From Trichosphaerium sp. ATCC 40318 (taxonomy: Eukaryota; Protista; Tubulinea), in assembly GCA_038496445.1 (NCBI GenBank), contig JALMLS010000371.1:1-64000 (forward strand): 64,000 nucleotides of DNA. The letters are read 5' to 3'. Shown here piece after piece: positions 52,581-61,321 of this stretch; position 1 is the stretch's first letter; each line of letters begins with the position of its first letter. The position numbers and the translations under genes were made by a program. The notes under the pieces are model-generated. The model was not told the origin of the DNA. It worked only from the letters and a program-made list of their open reading frames with translations, and searched no databases.

Positions 52581-52685
52581 TAACTGCGCATTTGTTCTTT
52601 TTTTTTCAAGTTTCTAGAAGGTTCTAAACGGAACATGCGATGAAAAAGCTTATCTTCCCAATAACTACTTAAAAACTAATCTCAC

Positions 52686-53372
52686 ATGCTGAGCCTACCA
52701 GTAGAGATGCGTTTCATGATATTTAGCGCTGATGAGTACGTTTTTAACATGTGGCCAATTTTGAGCAAGGAAACAGCATACACAAGTCGGTATAACGATA
52801 AGCTTGAGAAGCACGGTAAATTCAGACGTAAAGAGATTGTTTTTAACCAAATACGTAAAATTGAATGTTGGTACAGAGATGATAAGCTTGATGGCTTGTA
52901 CTCTGAGTGGTATGCATGGGGTCAACTTTGCTCAGAAACTATGTACAAAAACGGAGTAAAACATGGCAGTAGCCACATATTTCATTCAAATGGCAATCTT
53001 CTTTCAGAGAGCTCATTCAAGGAAGGCAGACAACATGGTAAGCAGATGATATTTAATGAGAGAGGAGATTTAAGAGAGGAACGTACTTTTGTTGAAGGTC
53101 GTATTGATGGCATGAGAAGAGAGTTGTTTGTTTGTAATCCAGGGACAATTGGGTCCAATACTCAGTTATGTGAAAGGAAGTGCTTTTACAAGATGGGCAA
53201 AAAAGAAGGGATGTGTGTCACACGTTTTGAGAAAGGAAACACGTTTGAAGAGTGTTTTTATTTGAATGGAAAGTTGCATGGTACATACAGGAAGTGGAAT
53301 ACTAATGGAGTATTGGAATATCACCTCGTATACAACGAAGGAGTTCTGGTTGAAATAATAAAAAAAAAATAG
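52686..53372 (+). CDS. Intronless MORN-variant (YwqK-like) repeat protein
   Basis: Repeats such as YKNGVKHGSSHIFHSNG, FKEGRQHGKQMIFNERG and YLNGKLHGTYRKWNTNG, plus a degenerate F-box-like N-terminus (LSLPVEMRFMIF). Confidence 0.88.
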   Translation: MLSLPVEMRFMIFSADEYVFNMWPILSKETAYTSRYNDKLEKHGKFRRKEIVFNQIRKIECWYRDDKLDGLYSEWYAWGQLCSETMYKNGVKHGSSHIFHSNGNLLSESSFKEGRQHGKQMIFNERGDLREERTFVEGRIDGMRRELFVCNPGTIGSNTQLCERKCFYKMGKKEGMCVTRFEKGNTFEECFYLNGKLHGTYRKWNTNGVLEYHLVYNEGVLVEIIKKK

Positions 53373-53695
53373 GAAAACTAAATCACGTGTTTGATAACAA
53401 ACTCTTATCTCAGGACGAAAAGTATTAATGTGGCCGTAATGAGTATATTCAATGTTACTTTTGACTTGTAGCAGAAACGTAGACAATAAAATCGAATACT
53501 TTGACAGCTTCCTTCTCGAATAGCATTGCTTTTGATATGGGGTTTAAACATTGAGAAAAAAAACAGATTTGGGTAAAAACAATCACACTTATTCCCGACA
53601 CAACACAGGTTACCATGATCATCGATAAACGGATTAAGGATAATACTGTTTTTGAGCTTGTTTTTGTTCATCAGTGTGAGCATAAGTACATTGTA

Positions 53696-56600
53696 TTAAA
53701 CTTTATTAGCATTTGGGCCAATAGTAGCCCATAGCTCTTTGCATGCATTTTTGGACGCTGAAGCAAGTAAAGATGTGTCTTCAACCTCCAAGCATATCGT
53801 ATGTCCTTTTTGCTTTGTAAATACAGCAGCTCGGCTCCACAAATGCTATATAACTTATCATTAACAAACACAAAATACAAACAACTAAAAACGTGCCGTT
53901 GCTGTCCAGCCTTTATCAAGGAGGAACACTGTCAATGAATCCTTCATTGAAGCTTCCAAAGAAGTAACTTGAGTCATATCGCTACAAGCCCTGTAAATAT
54001 CCATACAGGCATATTATTAAAAAAACACGTGCTCTGGGAGTGCTGATGCTAGCTCTTTCTTGGACGTTTCACCTAGAAGTGCAGGAAAAAAGATTTGTTT
54101 GTTGTTCTACAACACGTGTAAGAATGAAAGAGTAGTTATTTCTGTTGTTGTATACCTCAATAGTTGGTGCTACACCTTGAACACATGCGCGTGGATTTAC
54201 GATATATAAGACGCTGTGAAGTGCCAGTAAATTTGTAAAGTAAGACAAAATGCCAATGTCAAAATTCTCTAAAATGTATGCAAGCTACAGTCAAAGTCAG
54301 CATACGTAAAAACAGGTACAGATAAATAGTAAAAAAAATTAGTACACGTGTTGTCAAGAACCCTTTGTTGAATGCTGTTGCTTTTGAAGTAATTAAAACT
54401 CCAACTACGTCCATAATAACGTTAGGGTCCAAAACCACATAATTCGCAACATTGGGTGCATCATAGTATCTCTTGGTGAACCATATTAGAAAAAAAACTT
54501 ACGAAAATCCAACGAAAAGTTAGCTGTTCGTACAATGTATCCCATGTCACTTAAATATTTTGTTATAGAAAATAACTCATTATCATCATCTATACCACCA
54601 TATCCTTTTGCATATCTTCTCCATTCCTTGAAGGTGTTAAATGGATATGGAATGTTAGGGCTATATTTTTTTTTAACGTACTTGAAATTTTAGTATTTGA
54701 AAGTCACGTTTGAGACATGTTGCTAAGTATTGCATTCTCCAATGATTCATTCCTATTTTTTTCACCAATCCCATCGTTTTTCGTAAAGGCAGTTCACTTG
54801 ATACCTTGGATAATTGATTCGCAAGCTCTAAATTTATCAAGGGTTAACTCTCCATGTTCCAACATTTTCTACAAAAAAAAATACCTGGAATGCCTTTGCC
54901 AGTCATATTAGACACGAAACAAACACCCATGAAAGGAAATGAATCAACGTTATATCTTAAAACAAGTGCGCTATGTAGTTTACTAACATAGACCTTATTA
55001 GCAACATCTAGATGAGTTCCTGAAGGGCGTAAGACAAAACGTATAAACATTGAGATTAAAAAGTTTTTTGGTACCAACAATGAATATTGGAATTGAGCCA
55101 GAAGTGTCTAGTACGGACTGTATCCAAAAGTCCAGCCGATTTAGATCGGCATTACCTACATTGAAGCAAATGACAGCGGCACAATGTTCATGTGACAACA
55201 TCATCTTATAAGCAAGGTGGTAAACGGTTTGACCTGTCGTCAGTCACAACTTGTTTAAGAAAAAAAAAAATCTTAATCATTTCCGCACCTGCAAAGTCCC
55301 ACGTTATATGTTCAACTCTGTCCTCTTTTGGACCTTTTTGAGGTAGTTCTAGTAATCCTGTATCGACCCCATATGTAGTTAGAATTAAAAGTGGTTGATA
55401 CGAATGAGTGATCTGTTTACTGCTCAAAGAGTTTAAAGTTGTCGTCTTGCCAACATTGTTGTCGCCCAAAAATACCAAACGTGACCGATTTCCAACTTCA
55501 GCCGTAGCGCATACTGAGCGACAATAGTTCAATAGCGCTTTATCAGATTGACTAGCAAGTGCACTTCGTATACCACGAGGAATTGGAAAAGGTAACAAGT
55601 CCAAAGGGCATTCTGTGACAGCGAGGTTTGAAAGAGTCGGATGGACGAATAGAGACATTGGCAAGTCTTTCAAGTTCCTGTTGTAGCTTAAATTAATTGT
55701 TTCGAGTGCTGGAAGACATGAGAACATATCTGCTACAGTCGTAATATCGTTGTAGGAGGCATTCAGTGATTTTAATTGCGATAGATGTCTCAGAGATATC
55801 GGTAGTTCAATAAGCCCACACTCCCTCAATGTCAAGTGCGTTAAAGTGATCAGAGCTGATATTGCAGGGTAAGGTACATAAGTGAAAGTTGACTCTTCTA
55901 TCACAAGCTCTTTAACACCACCGCCCTATAGTCCAAGTCAGTTCAGACTATAACCAACGGGACGAAAAAAAAAGATTGAACAAAATCAAACCCTAAGTGC
56001 CTACCTTGAGTGCTATGAGTACATTGTCTATTGCGTTTAATTCAATATCATGACGCTTTAATAAATGAGCCTTAGTCACTAACCCTCTCGCACACTAGTG
56101 ATCGATTAATTTGGAAACAAAGTAACACGTGACTTTTTTCTCTTTTACCTTTATAACCTGCCTATTTCCGCCTAGAACTTGCTTCAAGGTCCGTACTGCG
56201 AGTTGAGCTTTTGCTGTTTTTTTACTCATATACATAGACTCCTTCCTTGATCTACTAGATGATAGAGATCCTGATACCATAATAACTGTTCCTTTTTTTG
56301 GATGAACTTCCTCTATAAGTACTTGTTGTAGCGTGAAATTCTTTCCAGATATATACTCCGCAAAGGCAAGTAATGAAGGAGGTTTAATATCATTCCTTGA
56401 TAAGTCTATAAGTTTTAATCTTTTGTTAAACGCCAAGCACTCTGAACCAAGCGTCATTAGTAGTTTTGGACCTAATCCATACGAAGGCAAGTGTAGCTCC
56501 TTTATAAAGTTATCTTCGCCTAATTTCTTGAAAAACAGAATAACATCATCAACGTTTACGCCACCACTACTTTTTTTAAGTAAAACAGTCGCTGGTGGTT

Positions 56601-56738
56601 TTAATTCGATTGATAGGCTTCGTTCCGCTTTAAACTTCTTTAACCATCTAGGCCTATAATAATAGCGTAAAATACTGTATTTTATCACGTGTTACGAACG
56701 GACAAAACTAACCATTTCGGTTTTTCTACTTTTTCCAT
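53696..56738 (-). CDS. Roco-family protein (LRR-Roc GTPase-COR), no kinase domain evident
   Basis: LRRs, then LVFLGDNNVGKTT, TYGVD, ITWDFAGQ, LDFWIQSV and IFIVG/THLD, then COR-like LSDMGYIV and YVVLDP. Confidence 0.85.
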
Positions 56739-58299
56739 CGTTTCTTCGTCTATACACTCCAGACGCTAATGACGCTCGATATAATACCCTGAGAACGCGC
56801 GGATATCCAAAAAAGATACCGCTAACCACCTGAACTGTAAAGTGAACAAGAAAGACGTTCGGTTACAGTTTTGGTGTATTCGTTTGTTGTAACCAGTTTA
56901 GTCATCGCTTTAAGTCACAGTTTATTTGCACGTGTTCTAAAACACGCTCACAACCGAATTCCAGCATTTTAGATCTCTACATACCAACACATTCGCTTAT
57001 AACCTAATTTGTAACAAAGCCACTTATCGACGAGGCCGAAGGCGCTTTATGCTTTAAAACCTTTGTGTATCACTCCACTCCCGAGACTTGTAACGCATAA
57101 AACTTTATGCTCTTATCATCACTTTACTCTAATGTACTGTTCGTCTTTACGATTAAGACAAAGTTGTATTCTACAAGTCATGTTTTCTATTTGTACCAAG
57201 CAAAGGCTAAGTGGTTTTTTTATTTGTGTATACATTTCGTATTACATACTCTTCGCTTTGATATGTTTACATTACGATAGCTTGATTGTGTGTACACTGG
57301 ACAGATTAAATCCAATTATATGTTGAATTTGGCATGGTAAGTTTAATGGCATTACACTTGCAAGACTGTTCGTACCTCCATTAATCGCAAGTTACTCAAA
57401 AATATATATGAAACCTAACAATTCTACAAGATTCTTTACAACTCATACTTACGCAACCACGCAAAGGTTGTTACTTCACTTTACACTCTCAATTTTATGT
57501 GCTGGTTCTGTATGCGAAACAAAGCCAAGATAACTTTAGACCATTGTTTTATTAGGCATTAAGCTTTGTAAGAAACCATGCAAAACAATAAAAAAGGAAT
57601 ACTGATGCATTCTTTTTTGCTAAATGAAAGAAAAAAAAAAGGAAAACTTGTGAAATGTTAATTAATAGAAGAAAAAGGATTTTATTAATTACAACAACCC
57701 CCTTGTGTGAACCAGCGAAACCCTATGTATAGAATAGAAAGTAAGTTATTAAAGGACACTACATATGTACCGTTCTGCAAGCCATCATCCCTTATCACCC
57801 AAAGCCAATCTGTGAATCCTACCTAATGATTACATCTACTGCACCCATCCTGTGCATCCACATCCCATTGTACCTAACCTATTGTGAGTTACACCTACTG
57901 CGCCTGTAATCTGTTCCTTTGTCATCTCAACACGTGTTAAACTCGGTCAACCAGTGAAAACTGACCCAGCTGGCATGTGCTAAGAGGATGAAGAACAGAC
58001 TACAGTACAGATACCACCACAGTCGTATAATGAGCAGTAGGTGTAACAATCCCAATACCCCCATCCTGTGAATCCTGCCTAACGCACCATCCTATGAATC
58101 TATACCCACCTTGTACCTACCTATTGTAAGCCAAGTTGCGAAGGTAGAACAGTTAGTCAATACACTTTTAAACATCCAATAAACACGTACTTATGCTAAG
58201 CCACCACTTGCACCCAAATCTGTATCCCTTTGCCAACATCTCTTAGCCAACCTGCACAGAAGTTACCATCAATTACACCACAACTTACCCTCATGTTTA

Positions 58300-59040
58300 T
58301 AGTTAATGCCAATAATAGAACCACCTGACATATACATCTGCTCATAAGATGAGCACCTAAAACTGCATATCCCTGGATCAATTGGCTATACACACCTTCA
58401 TCATTAGTGTGTATAGCGCAGTTAGTTAGCAAATGAACTTGTACCTCCTCATTGAACACCTCATCTTGTGCTAGTACCTAAGTTAGCACCTATTGCACCA
58501 CAACCTACCCATATGTAGTTAGCGCCAATAATAGAACCACCTGACATCTACATCTGCTCATAAGATGAGCACCTAAAACTGCATAACCCTGGATCAATTG
58601 GCTATACACACCTTCATCAATAGTGTGTATAGCGCAGTTAAGTTAGCAAATGAACTAACTCCGACATCTTGTGTGCTAGTACCTAAAACTGCATATCCCT
58701 GGATCAATTGGCTATACACACCTTCATCATTAGTGTGTATAGCGCAGTTAGTTAGCAAATGAACTTGCACCTCCTCATTGAACTCCGACATCTTGTGTGC
58801 TAGTACCTAAAACTGCATTCCCTGGATCAATTGGCTATACACACCTTCATCAGTAGTGTGTATAGCGCAGCTAAGTTAGCAAATGAACTAACTCCGACAT
58901 CTTGTGTGCTAGTACCTAAAACTGCATTCCCTGGATCAATTGGCTATACACACCTTCATCATTAGTGTGTATAGCGCAGTTAGTTAGCAAATGAACTTGT
59001 ACCTCCTCATAGAACTCCTACATCTTGTATTTGACCTAAA
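58300..59040. repeat. Tandem array of five 109-123-bp hairpin units with long/short alternation
   Basis: GCTATACACAC-n11-GTGTGTATAGC starts at 58385, 58601, 58711, 58834 and 58943. Confidence 0.95.
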
Positions 59041-59644
59041 CGTCAGTCAGCAGGCTGTACCTTTGTCCAAGTGCGATCCTCCCATCCTTTAAGTGCGCTA
59101 CTATGGTATAAAATAAAGGTTAGTCATACATCCACAAGGGCTTCACTACATACCTTTTGTAATGCCCAACCATTTCCGTCTTGTTTTGCTAGATGAGTTA
59201 GAAGGTGTACCACTACCTAAACGTACTTGGGTTGACTGCCTTTTCCTTTAATCTGCCATTGCCATTCAGACCATCCACATCTATTACCCACCCAAGTAAT
59301 AGAACTTGTCTTTCCTTTAGGTGTTACCTAGATGTGTTACACAGCGTATGAATTACCTTTCCTCTCAAGTACTTGGCTGGTCCCTTTCCTTGTCGAGGTT
59401 GAAGTTGTAACACTTGCATGCTCATGTTGATGTACTTGGCTTGAGTGCCTTTCCGTCAATTGAGTCAATGCATCACATCTGTTCCCACCCAAGTACTAGA
59501 ACTTGTCTTTCCTTTAGGTGTTCCCTAGATGTGTCATACAGTTGCTTGAATTACTTAGTTGGAATCATTGATTCCCTTCATCCACCCAGGCATGTTACAT
59601 TTGTACATGCTTAGGACTGTAATGATGTGTTACAATATCTCGAT

Positions 59645-60328
59645 TAGTATTTCTACACCTCCTTGATGGGAAGTGTTATAATACTAGAAGAGATAATAAC
59701 TTTCATACACAGGTAGTTTAGTTGTTGCCCACTGAGGACTTCAATACATACCTTGTGTAAATGCTTACCTGGCTTAGCACCCGATTAGCATTTCTACACC
59801 TCCTTGAAGAAGTGTTATAATGCTAGAAGAAGTGATGCAAGTTAGCGCCACGCTGTGTATTAGCTCTAGAACTCGATTAACATTTCTACACCTGCTGTAG
59901 GTGTTATAATGTTAGAAGAGAACAAAGGTCAGTTATACGTTCATATGGTTTGTTGTAGCCCATTAAGGACTTTAACACATACCTTGTGTAATGTTAACCA
60001 TGTGACTTGCACATTGGTGTAACATTGCTCAGAACTCGATTAGCATTTCTACACTTTTCCTTTTTTGGATGTGTGTTATAATGCTAGAAGAGAACAAGAG
60101 CATTGGTGCTTTCAAATGTTGCCTACTAAGGGCATCACTCTTGACACATTGGAGTCTTTCCTCCCATAAGTACTTGGACAAGTGCCGTTCCTTGTGGGTA
60201 AAAGTTGTAGCACCCCTACATCATAAAAGATGTTGAGGCAACTGATGACATGTACTTGTTAGGGTACTATGTCTGTAACCCAGAACTCGATTAACATTTC
60301 TACACCTGCGGTGGGTGTTATAATGATA
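59645..60328. repeat. Five dispersed copies of hairpin module alpha
   Basis: TAGCATT-TCT-ACAC-(variable)-GTGT-TAT-AATGCTA at 59645-59686, 59786-59825, 59878-59914, 60041-60086 and 60292-60328. Confidence 0.9.
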
Positions 60329-61321
60329 GAAGAGAACAGTTACAACACAACCAAATATTTGGTTGTGGTAAAGTGTGTAGAGTACAGTGTGCTCATCCCC
60401 ACCAAGGTACTTAAGACATGTCTTGTTCCCAAGGAGGCTAAATGCATTGAATGTAGTCTCTGCAGGTTGATGGTCCTGCAACGTCAAATATGAACCATTT
60501 ATTCACCATACTGCAGTATGCAGCTGTGGTGTACAGAACAGAAGTATTTGACAATGCATGATGTAGTTACATCATCACATCTTTCAAGCTGCAGATCGAT
60601 TAACACTGCCTATGCTATGTTTTTTACGCATTTTTCATAGGGGTTACGTGATAGAAGACCTGACAAGGGGTAAGAGAAGCGACTTCTAGGGCACATCACA
60701 CAAAAATTCTTTGTACCTGCCTTTTTTGGCAGAATTTTAGTTTTTTTGGATTGGTGCCTCAAAGTACTTTCTTCTTTTATGCTATATTAGGCTACACGGT
60801 TGTAAGACTGGAGGTCTATAGCGAAAATATTCAGTTTTCAAGGCACCTAGAACACTGTTGTAACAATCGTAGCTATCTACATACCCGTTGTGTACTGAGG
60901 TTGTCGGTTTGAAAAAAAAACCTCCAACACGATTATTGGTTTGTTGTTTCTGTGCTTTGGGCTGCTTTTTCGTTGTTGAAAGTGCACGAATAACTACTCG
61001 TTGGACCTAATACGCTCTTGAAAGACCCGTCACAGTATTTTATTGCGTCCACGCGTATTGAATATAAATAGAAATAGTATCAAAAATCCAACCGTTTTTT
61101 TTTACCAAAACTGCCTTTATTTATCTGTATCGCGTTTATAACCGCTAAGGCGTTGTTTTCCGAGACCTATTCGGCGTTTTCAGCGTTCCCCTCCACGACG
61201 AATTTCCATGACCTTCGAAAGAAAAAAAAATCCACAGATCCAATCTCGTTTCTTTTTTTGGAAATGGTTTTTTTATTGTTTAAACACAAACAAGCTGGCT
61301 AAAGTTGAGAGAATCTTGGGT

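Larger units (their letters stand above)
57690..60700 (-). ncRNA. Candidate long structured non-coding RNA or ncRNA cluster made of repeated structural modules
   Basis: No credible ORF. Three dispersed hairpin or junction modules with compensatory changes, AGUA/GAA internal loops and G-U pairs mostly on the minus strand, plus a tandem hairpin array. AATAAA-type signal on the minus strand at about 57681-57687. Boundaries are approximate. Confidence 0.55.

Noticed and set aside
58196-58791. ORFs FNEEVQVHLLTNCAIH...
   Set aside because: Products of the tandem array. Unit lengths of 109/110 break frame.
58385-58975. Box C/D snoRNAs (minus-strand AUGAUGA)
   Set aside because: The C-box-like sequence sits in an apical loop, varies between copies and has no properly placed CUGA D box.
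60242-60280. Hammerhead ribozyme (CTGATGA followed by a hairpin)
   Set aside because: No GAAA after the stem and no stems I/III.
59645-60328. CRISPR array (ATTTCTAC resembles a Cas12a repeat; repeats are separated by unique sequence)
   Set aside because: Spacing is irregular (about 50-200 bp), the repeat has a variable interior, the GTAGA arm is absent, there are no cas genes, and the context is eukaryotic.
59780-60335. Repeated coding exon HYNT..RCRNANRVL after a CTTCTAG acceptor
   Set aside because: The AG is lost in two copies, one copy breaks frame, stops follow, and the substitutions are better explained as compensatory pairing. Kept only as an alternative.
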